Virus record (IMG/VR): IMGVR_UViG_3300014208_000025
Location: 180,967-244,966 of that record
DNA from: a virus
Lineage: Duplodnaviria; Heunggongvirae; Uroviricota; Caudoviricetes
Reading direction: 5' to 3' (one strand)
DNA: 64,000 bases
Both the position numbers and the translations under genes were made by a program. Below the pieces are notes generated by a model. The model searched no databases. It had not been told where the DNA came from and saw nothing but the letters and a program-made list of their open reading frames with translations. Shown one piece after another: positions 8,501 to 17,520 of the stretch (positions are counted from its first letter, which is position 1; the number at the start of each line of letters is the position of its first letter).

Positions 8501-10843
8501 GCTCCAAGTGACTTCGGTATCAACCGAGAATTTGAATTCAACGGTCTGAGTTGAGGCTGGATACGGGCCTTCGATGTAATCGTTGACACCGGAGAACGTC
8601 GCCATGTAGGTCTTTTCATCCAGTTTGTAAGTTGGTTGAGAACCGGTGGCATAATCGGTACCACCGTATTCACGAATGCTAATCAATGAGGATGGCAACC
8701 CATAACATGACATCAAGTAACGGACACATTCTTCTGTGCCTTTGGTCTTGTAAATGCCCGGCAACGTGATGAGGATACGATTCCAAATCGTTTGGAGCCG
8801 TTGTTCCCCTGACATGACGTTGTAAGAACTGGCGTTCAAACTATTGAGGTAAACATCATTCAAATCCAAATTGCCTATGATATCATCAACATTCCAACCG
8901 AATGAATACAACATCTCTTTCAGAGTGTTGGTCGGGATGCTAGAACTCAATTCATTCTGAACCTGACGTTCGATTGGCAACGCCGAAATGTAAGTGTAGA
9001 TATTGTCAAAATGATGACCCACCATTGACAAGAAAGTTAGGTATTCTTCGTTATTGGTGTCGTTCAGAATGTATTCTGGTGTATTGGAAACCAAATAATC
9101 CCGGTTGGTTTGGTCATACAACGAAGCAGAAACGTCTTGGGTATCTACATATGTAGAGTTTATGAACGAACCGGAAGTTAACGAGTAAGCATAGTTTCCA
9201 TTTCCGAAGAGATAAGCTTCATAAGAATCAAACGACTGAACCAAATCGGTTATTTGAGTGTTAAGATTGGTGTTCTCCTGAGAATAATACGGATACGTTG
9301 ACGATGCGGAAATAGCTGCAATGTAACGGTCGTTGAGAGTTGACAGTGAAGAACTCAAAGCCGTCCAAGTCTTCATTTTGTTTTTGAAAATGTTCAAACG
9401 AGCCGCCGCCGAAGAGAACACTACAAAGTTTGAGAAATCCGTAAAATCCGTGTTTAAGGTAGATATGGATTTGTTTACAAAAATGTTGTTAGTCGTCTCG
9501 TCACTCAATGTCAAATCGTCGGTTGAATATAACTTATTGACATTTTCCTTGGATACAAAGGCGGTGGTAGAACCAAAATTTGGTGCGGAGATACGCAACG
9601 TTTTGTATTTGACGGGGTTTCTCAGAATCGCCGTCATAATAAATGGTGTCATGCCAAAGTTGGAAACCCAACACAAACCTTTTTGGCTTATGTCCGTTGG
9701 TAAATCGGTAGATAGTTTTACCACCAATGTTAATGGGTCGTTTGGAGACTGTCTTTCATCAATAAAATCATGCGTCAGAATTTGGAAATATCGGTTGTTA
9801 CCAAAATTCAATACATTCTTGAGATAACCAAAATATTTTTGCTGATGAGCACGCTGTAACGGATGTACCGCATTCGCATAAAAATACGTGAAGAAAAAGT
9901 CATACACGAATTTACGGGCACCCTTGTAATCGGCTCCTTGTTGATTGCTGTATTGCCCGAATTGTTGATTCAACCGAAGATTGACGAATTCACTAAACTT
10001 CTGTTCCAAAGCACTAAAATCGGAAATGGAATCGTAGTTTTGAAGTAGGTAGTTGCTGAAGTAGGTACGAATGCCTTGGGTTCTTGAAATTCTGGTTGGT
10101 TCGTTACCAGCGGTAATTTGGTCTTCCGTCAAAAGGGTATATTTGATTAAATCTTCATATAGATTTCTCAAAAAGGTCAACACCGAACCATCGTCTCTCA
10201 AGAAGAAAATGGTTTTCAAAAACTCAACATCTGCTTGATAAGATGGATACATGATACGATAAATTGAATCGTATGGACATTTTTGAGTGATGGACAATAA
10301 CACCGGAGCAACATCGCGGTTAGGAAACTTCTTCAAACAGAAAGATGCGTAAGAAACATCTGAGTTTCTTTGTGGCACAAGTTTGATTTCAGTGCGGGAT
10401 GGTGAAATTTCCTTGATGGAAAGTGGTTGGTTTGGATGTCCAGCCAAGTTTCGGATGAAATTATAGGATGCCTTGAAACTTCCATCGGTAACTCCGATGT
10501 TGTTTAGGTCTGAAATTTGGTCTATGAGAATTTTGTCATTCTTGTATTGAACAAAGCTCCGTATCAGTTCTCGATAAGTGTAATCATGCGGAACATTAAG
10601 ACTGTCCAAATACGTTGAAGTTACCGTCTTGTATTGTTTGTCTTGACCTATTACGCCCCACTTCATCAAGGAATCATCATCAACATTATACGTTGAAACT
10701 TCAATTACGTCGTTGGGAGAAAAACCAAACCAAGCATCCACACTCTGAGACACAAAAAATAAACTATTGTCCTGTTCACTCAGGATTGACCCTGAGTTAA
10801 TGCTTCCGGTAAAATTACCTATTACTGGGTATGGAAGTGGCAT
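5546..10843 (-). CDS. Large baseplate/tail structural protein with C-terminal Hint domain (1765 aa)
   Basis: Baseplate-like segment (ILITLPGIYKTKGTEECVRYLMSCYG); Pro/Gly/Ser linker then Hint domain. Confidence 0.7.
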   Translation of the reverse strand: MPLPYPVIGNFTGSINSGSILSEQDNSLFFVSQSVDAWFGFSPNDVIEVSTYNVDDDSLMKWGVIGQDKQYKTVTSTYLDSLNVPHDYTYRELIRSFVQYKNDKILIDQISDLNNIGVTDGSFKASYNFIRNLAGHPNQPLSIKEISPSRTEIKLVPQRNSDVSYASFCLKKFPNRDVAPVLLSITQKCPYDSIYRIMYPSYQADVEFLKTIFFLRDDGSVLTFLRNLYEDLIKYTLLTEDQITAGNEPTRISRTQGIRTYFSNYLLQNYDSISDFSALEQKFSEFVNLRLNQQFGQYSNQQGADYKGARKFVYDFFFTYFYANAVHPLQRAHQQKYFGYLKNVLNFGNNRYFQILTHDFIDERQSPNDPLTLVVKLSTDLPTDISQKGLCWVSNFGMTPFIMTAILRNPVKYKTLRISAPNFGSTTAFVSKENVNKLYSTDDLTLSDETTNNIFVNKSISTLNTDFTDFSNFVVFSSAAARLNIFKNKMKTWTALSSSLSTLNDRYIAAISASSTYPYYSQENTNLNTQITDLVQSFDSYEAYLFGNGNYAYSLTSGSFINSTYVDTQDVSASLYDQTNRDYLVSNTPEYILNDTNNEEYLTFLSMVGHHFDNIYTYISALPIERQVQNELSSSIPTNTLKEMLYSFGWNVDDIIGNLDLNDVYLNSLNASSYNVMSGEQRLQTIWNRILITLPGIYKTKGTEECVRYLMSCYGLPSSLISIREYGGTDYATGSQPTYKLDEKTYMATFSGVNDYIEGPYPASTQTVEFKFSVDTEVTWSNYQHINLFTTVPYPYTNSVDNAAWSLGIHKVPGQSLGKVIFQMGSGSTGVAITSDQLPIFNGDIFSVMLRRYEVNSEFETTSSVNDYPTQYELVVQRNENGRQLFRSSGSVYLQSLDNMVFGQYGTFYLSDGMFRGTLDKLSIWDVPIGDNDFEEHVNDLNSYGYSGSIAYKNLWVRLSLDYPKSLYYNLSGSSAVWMDNMSSYYAIPNYYSDPLNLSSSIDATLWSASVEIIDGRWLTYHPTGSVEIIARNFPIIVGQNWSASYNATNCQWTSASVYPYHYEELTYQQDIDASKYGPNKYKNKKIRKLDYTIETRFDSDDRSTSQNETVSGESNQLGFFIDPQDSKNKDIIRYVGKAGIMELIGDPANLYADHYSDLKSKNVEYNASGNKKTYFNEMLTIFKFYFDKSIFQVIKNILPARANSFTGVVIEPTILERPKYQNRQITSSVEVSYQNPGIVNNIYIFSENLLWANFNDDWRGMTSQSQAIMTSSLPPSYTDTIDLSYINEPLKIRPANLFCGYVTDYMDDIQHGMYGDYERLTRGWEPEVNCRSRIWGSVSRQKQNDLASISEHHVPNGIDETGIASGSKHQILYYMLKTWEKFEYNAKSGEYIRSNNPGADPFSSASVYLYKYIMVDERFMNQYVHFYNEITTSIVPNDPSQLTAVVGANTYYKHQANTFKNTPDQVFSNTSASFTTADPITFPTLYVVVNKPATQYFELVKGFPRNHFSHKAKQFSKDKHAQYINHLYNIIYVKSRQTIDTTINTGGISDGTFPVESFNVSNVNVKNSSNVIQYIPSNKAGSVIPVGLGGGAGTVSSTSTGGGSGISPTPTVPGIVTPPSPGSGAGGVGGGGCLLAGTQIMLEDGSTRNVERIAVGDVLKSANGLNVIVMELKPNRFHEHYVLNDRLKITYEHPVVIFENDNYRLVNTKHLKVGDSLLKYDGTTERLDTIVIVSEETPTFNFVVSGNHLYVAEGIVVHNVIQKN
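5564..5944 (-). other. Hint (intein-like) domain, 127 aa, at the C-terminus of the 1765-aa protein
   Basis: CLLAGTQIMLEDG (block A), TYEHPV (block B), TFNFVVSGNHLYVAEGIVVHN (blocks F/G); followed only by VIQKN-stop. Confidence 0.85.
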
Positions 10844-10849
10844 AATAGT

Positions 10850-11326
10850 TTACAATAATGTGGTATCACGTTGGTCAATTGGTATTGGTAAATATGGAAA
10901 CTCACTGTAAAAGTCAGTGGTGCTCGTGCCCTGACCCAACTGAATTCTCAGTGTCATGATGATATCCTTGACCAATTGCGAATCGGCTTCAGCGGAAGTC
11001 AATTCACTCTTAGCAATCATTTCATCCAACTGATTGCTCAACACTTGATTCCTTTGTGTTACCTCGTTGATTTGGTCAATGATTTCTTGGGGCAATACCG
11101 ACTGGCTCCCCGTAGCTTGTGTCGGCACGAATTCCGTCAATGTTGGATTGTAAAATGCTTGGATTTTTGCGTTGTCATAATCCATATTCACCGTTGGAAA
11201 TGCGACAAAGTGTTGTTGAAAAACGGACGATGAAGGATTCAGAATCTCGTTACCCGCTTCATCAAACAAGTAATTGTAAACTCCATAATTTTGAAAGTTA
11301 TTGGTTTGTTGATTAAAATTTGTCAT
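10850..11326 (-). CDS. Hypothetical coiled-coil structural-module protein (158 aa)
   Basis: ORF track; tight spacing within the operon. Confidence 0.6.
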   Translation of the reverse strand: MTNFNQQTNNFQNYGVYNYLFDEAGNEILNPSSSVFQQHFVAFPTVNMDYDNAKIQAFYNPTLTEFVPTQATGSQSVLPQEIIDQINEVTQRNQVLSNQLDEMIAKSELTSAEADSQLVKDIIMTLRIQLGQGTSTTDFYSEFPYLPIPIDQRDTTLL

Positions 11327-12048
11327 AATACATCATACAACAAATCACTCTTTTCATCGTATCTTAAAAAGTGTGATGGATTTATTTCTTTTAGTAAATT
11401 GTTTTGCCTAATCAAGTCTTTTTGTTTTTTATTTGTTTTGTTGTGTCGTGGTTCGTCATATTCAAAAATGATGTTTCTTTCTTTGTCATAACCATCTACA
11501 AAATAACCATACAATTCAATTTCTCCATCGTTCTTAGCATGTTGAAGATTCCATCCTCTTTCAATATTTAGTTTGTCAATGAATAAACAGGCGTTTGGAT
11601 TAAAATTATTAGACCCCTCACATCCAAAAACTATTCCTTTTCTTTTCAAATCGTTTATTGTAGCAAGTCTAATCTTATACTTAGTTTCCTCGCTTCGTTT
11701 TTTTCCTTTATTAGATATTGAAAGATTTAGTTTATGTTCATCTGAAAACGGTTTTCCTTTTCTGGAATTACTCATTTTTATTCTTGTTTCTAAAGTAATT
11801 TCTCTTTTTCTACGAGCAATAGATAATTTTTTCTTTGTTTCTTTAGAAACTGGAGGTCTGTTTTTAGATGATAAACTTATTTTTAACTTGGTTGCTGATG
11901 TATGTTTTTTTCCAAGTCTTCCATTGGGCACACCTTTTTTAGAACACGAACCACATACACAATTATTTTTATTCGCCCTATACCAAGAATCATAATTCAA
12001 ATAGGCGAGAATCGTTTTACATTTAGAACAAATTCTATGGTAACTCAT
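11323..12048 (-). CDS. Free-standing homing endonuclease, NUMOD3 repeats plus Vsr/DUF559-like nuclease (241 aa)
   Basis: Repeated HTSATKLKIS/ETKKKLS/ETRIKMS/HKLNLS motifs; C-terminal VDGYD...IFEYDEPRH. Confidence 0.75.
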   Translation of the reverse strand: MSYHRICSKCKTILAYLNYDSWYRANKNNCVCGSCSKKGVPNGRLGKKHTSATKLKISLSSKNRPPVSKETKKKLSIARRKREITLETRIKMSNSRKGKPFSDEHKLNLSISNKGKKRSEETKYKIRLATINDLKRKGIVFGCEGSNNFNPNACLFIDKLNIERGWNLQHAKNDGEIELYGYFVDGYDKERNIIFEYDEPRHNKTNKKQKDLIRQNNLLKEINPSHFLRYDEKSDLLYDVL

Positions 12049-12051
12049 AAA

Positions 12052-14097
12052 TTACCTTACGATTTTGAAAATATCGCCTCGGTCAAAAGTCACCACAGAT
12101 GAACTTTGTTCAGTTTTCAATAGAAGTTTGAAATATCTTTCTTGCGGTAAACCTGTGGTATCCAAAAGAAAATAGTTGCCTGTGGTATCACAACTTAATT
12201 TTGTGTTGTTGTCGAAATCAACAACTATCTGGTCAGTTTCGTTATCTTTTATCGCATAGTAAGAGGCGGTAGGCAGATATTGTGGAGTGAGATACTGCGT
12301 AAACTGAGTTCGGCGTTGGAAGTTTTTGAATGGAAACTCTGGGCGAGCGAAAACATTGACTCTCATAATGTTTCCGGCTCTCACGGTTGAGGGTAAGTTT
12401 TGAATGACAGTGACAAATGGTTGATTGAATTCCACCGGCTCAAGGCTGGAAGAAACAATCGTTACGCTGCTAGTCCACGAATAACTGCTAGAAAGAAATG
12501 TGCCACTAATTTGAGCCGAAATCAATGCACCATTGAACAATCCGTTGGTAAATACGCCATTGAAACTAGCACTACCCAAAGATTGTGAAATGTTGAACGT
12601 TCCAAAGGCTGTTCCATTGACATATGGGCCTGAAACTAGGGCGTAAATGTTGGGATAAAGAGCGAATGGCATGTTGGCCTCCACACGCCCACCAATCATA
12701 CTTTGGGAATTCCATGAACCTGTCAAATAACCCAATCCCAAAGTATAGCCACTCAAACTAGAAGTAAAGGTGCAACCCCCAAAAATTCCGTTTAGAACCG
12801 TTCCAAGTAAAAACGAACTTGTAACCAAACTCGAAGTGTTTACCGAACTGCTTAACGACCCTGAAAAATTTCCAAATATTGATGCGTTAAGAATTGTTCC
12901 TGCCGTTCCATTTACACTGATGACTCCCCATGCCGAATTGGATACGCTAGAAGTGTAATTTGTAATTCCTGAAAAACTACCAGTTACAGTTGCCGTAATG
13001 GTAGCATTGGTGATATCCCCACGGTAGCCAGATTCTATTGTGGAAATGACTACACTACCCGTTGAAACGCTGCCAGTTGTCCAAGCGGTATCATCCCACC
13101 CAACATCCAAACATGGTTGATAGATGGTGTTAGTATCCCGACTAAAGAAATACAATCCCATGTCCGAACCTGTCGCATTGGTTTCCTCACTAGAAATCAA
13201 TATGATGCCTTCATTTGGAATGCTACCACTCAACCAACCATAAACAACATTGGAAACATCCATGTTGATGTCCCCCGATTCATAATTAAACGACTGACTA
13301 GCATAGGCACTCGTGTACCATGTACCGCCGCCCCTTGCCCAAACCAACGGCGTCAATGCTGGAGTATTGATAAAATCAACGGGTGACAATCCATTGGGAT
13401 CGGTTATTGTAGCCCAAGTGCTTCCGGAATAATAATCCCGATAATTCCAACTTGCTCCCTTAGTTGACCCCCCATCCGAACGATAACCGTTACCCATTAC
13501 CCAACTTTGACTAATCGGGAATGCGTAAAGGATGTATGGGATTGGAAGGGTTTCTTCACGAGCCACCTTCAATTTCAAAACAAACTTCGGAGCTGCAATA
13601 TCACCCGAAGAAATTGATTGAGAAACTGAGGTCAAATCAAACTTCACCAATGAACGATTGACATACTTTTTAGTTGCCGTCGTTTGATATGATTGAGATA
13701 CTGTATAGTGGCCCGTTACGACTCCGGTTAGATTTCCAGTGAAACCATTTATCGTTCCAACGAATCCAACAATACTTCCTGAAAAAACATTTCCGTATAG
13801 ATTTGAGGAACCTGAAAATCCAGAGCCACTAACACTACCTGTACCGCCTGTAACGCTTCCTGAAATGTAAGAGGCGTAACCATACAAAGACCCTGTAACT
13901 GTGCCTGAAAACAATTCAATACACAAACCTGAAACGCTAGCGCTGGTGTAAGAAAAAACCCTTGTATCCGAGGTATAACGGGCCGTCAGGTTTTCCGTTC
14001 CTACTCGCAATACTTCATCCAAACCAAAGTTAGCATCGGCATAATTCACCGTGTTGGTTATGAAGGTATCTTGGGATGGATAAATGAAATGATGCAT
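12052..14097 (-). CDS. Virion protein, DNRLRE-like, with S/G/T-rich insertions (~681 aa)
   Basis: Start MHHFIYPSQDTFI...NFGLDEVLRVG; RSLVKFDL, LKLKVA, F.SRDTNTIYQPCLDVGWDD motifs. Confidence 0.55.
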   Translation of the reverse strand: MHHFIYPSQDTFITNTVNYADANFGLDEVLRVGTENLTARYTSDTRVFSYTSASVSGLCIELFSGTVTGSLYGYASYISGSVTGGTGSVSGSGFSGSSNLYGNVFSGSIVGFVGTINGFTGNLTGVVTGHYTVSQSYQTTATKKYVNRSLVKFDLTSVSQSISSGDIAAPKFVLKLKVAREETLPIPYILYAFPISQSWVMGNGYRSDGGSTKGASWNYRDYYSGSTWATITDPNGLSPVDFINTPALTPLVWARGGGTWYTSAYASQSFNYESGDINMDVSNVVYGWLSGSIPNEGIILISSEETNATGSDMGLYFFSRDTNTIYQPCLDVGWDDTAWTTGSVSTGSVVISTIESGYRGDITNATITATVTGSFSGITNYTSSVSNSAWGVISVNGTAGTILNASIFGNFSGSLSSSVNTSSLVTSSFLLGTVLNGIFGGCTFTSSLSGYTLGLGYLTGSWNSQSMIGGRVEANMPFALYPNIYALVSGPYVNGTAFGTFNISQSLGSASFNGVFTNGLFNGALISAQISGTFLSSSYSWTSSVTIVSSSLEPVEFNQPFVTVIQNLPSTVRAGNIMRVNVFARPEFPFKNFQRRTQFTQYLTPQYLPTASYYAIKDNETDQIVVDFDNNTKLSCDTTGNYFLLDTTGLPQERYFKLLLKTEQSSSVVTFDRGDIFKIVR

Positions 14098-14099
14098 AA

Positions 14100-14501
14100 T
14101 TATTTTATGTAAGATGGATGTGTCCAAATTGTTTCGTAGTGTCCGCCATCATCTTCTAATTGAATATGAACGTGAGTTCCTTCTTCTCCTAATTTTATGG
14201 ACAAATCTTCAATTTTTCTTCGTTGATAAGAACTTAAATCGTGAATTCCGTTGTTTCCTCTAATATAAAGAGTATCATCAGGAGAAAACAATAAAATCTT
14301 GTAACCCAATAATTCCAAATCATCATAAACGTCTTCTATTACTTCGGAGAGATGTTCATTGCTATAGTTTCCATATTTTTTTTGTAAAATTCCTTTAGCG
14401 GCCCAATAAACATGGTCACGAACTTGAAATATATCTCCATTTGGAGGTAGAAGATATTTACGTTCTATGTCTTCATTTAATAAACGTTTAAGCCGTATCA
14501 T
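14100..14501 (-). CDS. Hypothetical protein (133 aa) starting MIRLKRLLNE
   Basis: Start reassigned to ATG 14501 to avoid overlap with the wedge gene. Confidence 0.55.
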   Translation of the reverse strand: MIRLKRLLNEDIERKYLLPPNGDIFQVRDHVYWAAKGILQKKYGNYSNEHLSEVIEDVYDDLELLGYKILLFSPDDTLYIRGNNGIHDLSSYQRRKIEDLSIKLGEEGTHVHIQLEDDGGHYETIWTHPSYIK

Positions 14502-14517
14502 ACCATATACATAGTGT

Positions 14518-16527
14518 TTAACAAGTCGTGCCCTTAATGTCTTTGTCGGTATATTTGACTTCAAAAATAGAGGGATCGAGCGATGGATAAACCATATCAT
14601 TTTGAGTCGCCGCAGCAATATCGTATTCCACTACTGAATAGTTATCTCCGTTCGTTGTCAACGGGGTAAGGTTTTTAATCTTCAACGAAACAACACTTTG
14701 AACTCCTTCAATTTTGGCAATTTCCAAACGAAGATTGCTTAGGTTGATGGATTGTGAAAATTCCCATTTATCAATGTCAAAGAATTCCTTGACGGTATCA
14801 ATTGCGTTCTGCAATACTTCCTTTTTGTTGTAGCCACGAAACACGGTGATGACAAATTCCACCCCAATATTGATAACGTAACCATCAATAACGTTGACAC
14901 CATCGGTCAACATACGATACTTTTTCAGGTGGGTCATAAGATTCGTTACCAAAGCATCATTCGGTACCGTTAGGTTTTTGTTTTCATCATACGACAACAC
15001 ATACAAGTTTACGGCAAATGGATTGCTTCGGTCATACGAAATCTTACGAAAATAGTTTTGAGTATTGGCGTTGTTAACGGTCGCTACGTTGTTTTCGTTT
15101 ACTGTGCCTGTAAGAATTTGGTTTTGATTGACATCCAAGCTGTTGTAGGTGATGATTTGAACCTTACCAATAGACCCGTATTTTGGTGGCATAGAATACA
15201 CTCGTGTCAGATAATCCGCTTGAGTAACGACACGTTGTTGGGCTGCAAAAGCCGCAATAGCATTCTGTCGAATATCTTCATTGGATTCTGGACCGGCACC
15301 GCCTACGGTTGGGTCTTCATTGTTTACTCGTAGCGAAGTTTTGACCGTGTTCAACAACGTGGCTTCTTCCGGCGGTAATCCATCGGTCGTATTATCTACG
15401 TCAGATGAATTAATGTTGACCACTGAGTTTGAGGGAGAATTGGAGTCAAAACCGCCGCCAATCGTGTAAGTGACCGTCAAAGTTGTATTGGTTGGAGAAA
15501 GCCCATAGGTGTCATTCTTCAAGAAATTGGATGGGTCAAGTGACAGGTTCAGATTGTTCATGTTTGACAAACCCACTCCAATTTGTTGAGAACTCAAATT
15601 GATGATTTCATCAGCAAAGCCATTGGTGCCTGAACCAAACTCCAAATAGGTTTTGTTATTTTCGTCAACCGTGACGGTAAAACGGCGTGAGGTCTTGAGA
15701 TATTTCAAGATGTAGGGCACCGTATTCTTGTATTGGGAGAGTGTACCTTCGAAAGTTTCGTCGTTGGGAACATCGTAAAGAACGGTTTCTTGAGCTAAGA
15801 ATTCAACTTCATACCAACGATTGTTATCCGAATCCCGCACATCAATGATTTCCAAAACATTGTTTTCATCTAAAAATAGTTTCAGAAATGTTTGAAGTTC
15901 GTTGATGGTAAATGTCTTGGTGACTAACTTTCCCGAACGGATGTTTACGTTTTTTTGAAGTAGGAAAAAAGTAGGAACATCCGTTGAATCTCTTTGATAA
16001 ACGGTTGATGTTCGTGGAGAAAGGTCAGTATCAACTCCAAAATTGATAGGTTCGGAGGTAAGAAAGGATGCCCCCGCATTGTTGGAAACCTGCATATTTT
16101 CCCGAATGCTCAACGTGAATTTTTCATCGGGAACATATTCACCATTCACCGTAGCTGCTGGACAGATTTGGAAAATATCCACTTTGCCAGTCGCACCACG
16201 AGCTGGTTTCGTTCGATACCCCAAATATCTTGACAGAGCAATGATGTTTTTTCGCTCTTGGGTGTTATACAACAACCCTTCTTTGAAGATGTAATCGGTG
16301 TAGTAGGAAAGAACGTCACCGACGTAGGATGCCATTTCAATAAACATCATGCCGGGTGAACTATCCGAAAAGTCTTTATATGTATTCGGGAAATAATATT
16401 TAGCAAAATTGATTAACCCCTCACGAAACTGTGAGAAGTCACGATTGACATAACGGACTTCCTTACTTTTTGGTTGAAATGATTTATTAGTAGTTGTTGC
16501 CACGGCGTTAATTTCCTTCCATAACAT
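14518..16527 (-). CDS. Baseplate wedge subunit (T4 gp6 / baseplate J-like, 669 aa)
   Basis: YVNRDFSQFREGLINF...GMMFIEMASYVGDVLSYY; GGAGPESNEDIRQNA...QQRVVTQADY. Confidence 0.85.
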   Translation of the reverse strand: MLWKEINAVATTTNKSFQPKSKEVRYVNRDFSQFREGLINFAKYYFPNTYKDFSDSSPGMMFIEMASYVGDVLSYYTDYIFKEGLLYNTQERKNIIALSRYLGYRTKPARGATGKVDIFQICPAATVNGEYVPDEKFTLSIRENMQVSNNAGASFLTSEPINFGVDTDLSPRTSTVYQRDSTDVPTFFLLQKNVNIRSGKLVTKTFTINELQTFLKLFLDENNVLEIIDVRDSDNNRWYEVEFLAQETVLYDVPNDETFEGTLSQYKNTVPYILKYLKTSRRFTVTVDENNKTYLEFGSGTNGFADEIINLSSQQIGVGLSNMNNLNLSLDPSNFLKNDTYGLSPTNTTLTVTYTIGGGFDSNSPSNSVVNINSSDVDNTTDGLPPEEATLLNTVKTSLRVNNEDPTVGGAGPESNEDIRQNAIAAFAAQQRVVTQADYLTRVYSMPPKYGSIGKVQIITYNSLDVNQNQILTGTVNENNVATVNNANTQNYFRKISYDRSNPFAVNLYVLSYDENKNLTVPNDALVTNLMTHLKKYRMLTDGVNVIDGYVINIGVEFVITVFRGYNKKEVLQNAIDTVKEFFDIDKWEFSQSINLSNLRLEIAKIEGVQSVVSLKIKNLTPLTTNGDNYSVVEYDIAAATQNDMVYPSLDPSIFEVKYTDKDIKGTTC

Positions 16528-16560
16528 TAGTATAAAGTTTATATTCTTCTTTAGTCATAA

Positions 16561-16986
16561 TTACATCGTTATGTTATCCACAGTAATTGAAATTGTATCC
16601 TTCTGTTTGGTCATATTAAGCATAAAAATAACCGCTACTTGTAATCTATAAATATCACGGTCAGCACTTGTTTGGTCACTTTTGTATAGATTTGCTGTAA
16701 CATCTACCACGGTAACGTTCAGTATCCACATTGAAATGTCTTCTTTGACAACATTTGCCGCAATATCAGGCAAAGTATCCGTGTTTTGTTCAAACAACAG
16801 ATTCCAAAGTCGTGACCCGAAGGTTGGTTGCATTCTACGCTCTCCCGGTCGGGTATTCAACAAATTGATGATATTTGATTTGGTTTGGGTCAAAGTATCA
16901 TATGACTGCTCAAAGTACCCGCTATTACTATCACGGAGAGGTAAAGTAATACCTATGGGAGTTTGTATTGGTTGTGAAGTTGCCAT
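16561..16986 (-). CDS. Baseplate gp25/GPW family protein (141 aa)
   Basis: NIINLLNTRPGERRMQPTFGSRLWNLLFE signature. Confidence 0.9.
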   Translation of the reverse strand: MATSQPIQTPIGITLPLRDSNSGYFEQSYDTLTQTKSNIINLLNTRPGERRMQPTFGSRLWNLLFEQNTDTLPDIAANVVKEDISMWILNVTVVDVTANLYKSDQTSADRDIYRLQVAVIFMLNMTKQKDTISITVDNITM

Positions 16987-16989
16987 AAA

Positions 16990-17520
16990 TTAACCATCCA
17001 TCGAGACATTTGGAGAATAACCGCCACGTTTGGTCTTGCTCAGAGTCAAAATCGCCTTGAAATCCTTCTTGAAAATGTTTTGTAATCCAACAGGCAATTC
17101 TTCGGGAGCCACATCCAACACCGAATCCGCGTGCGGTTGAACCGATTCATTAACCATTTGTTTCAAAAATTCCATTTTGGTCTTTGGTTGACCGACTTCT
17201 AATGCTTCATGCTTGCCAATCTTTTCAAACCCACCTTCCATCAAGGCAACGAGAGAAGTGTTTTCACCCCTTGGCAAAGGTTTGTAGTTACGAGCCGTTT
17301 CTGCAAGAATAGAATTCAACTTCGGATTGTTGGTCTTCAATACAGGAACCTCAGGCGTTTCTTCTTCGGTGATGGTCTGAGTTGTTGGTGTGTTTTTGAT
17401 TTCTTTCACCATTTCAACCAAAATTTTGCTCATCGCCTTGTTAACTTCAGCGGTTACTTCTTCTTTCACCATCTTTCGAATCACTTGTTTTAATAGTTCA
17501 TTTGTGTTCGGTTTCATCAT
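16990..17520 (-). CDS. Hypothetical protein (176 aa)
   Basis: ORF track; LLKQVIRKMVKEEV N-terminal motif. Confidence 0.6.
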   Translation of the reverse strand: MMKPNTNELLKQVIRKMVKEEVTAEVNKAMSKILVEMVKEIKNTPTTQTITEEETPEVPVLKTNNPKLNSILAETARNYKPLPRGENTSLVALMEGGFEKIGKHEALEVGQPKTKMEFLKQMVNESVQPHADSVLDVAPEELPVGLQNIFKKDFKAILTLSKTKRGGYSPNVSMDG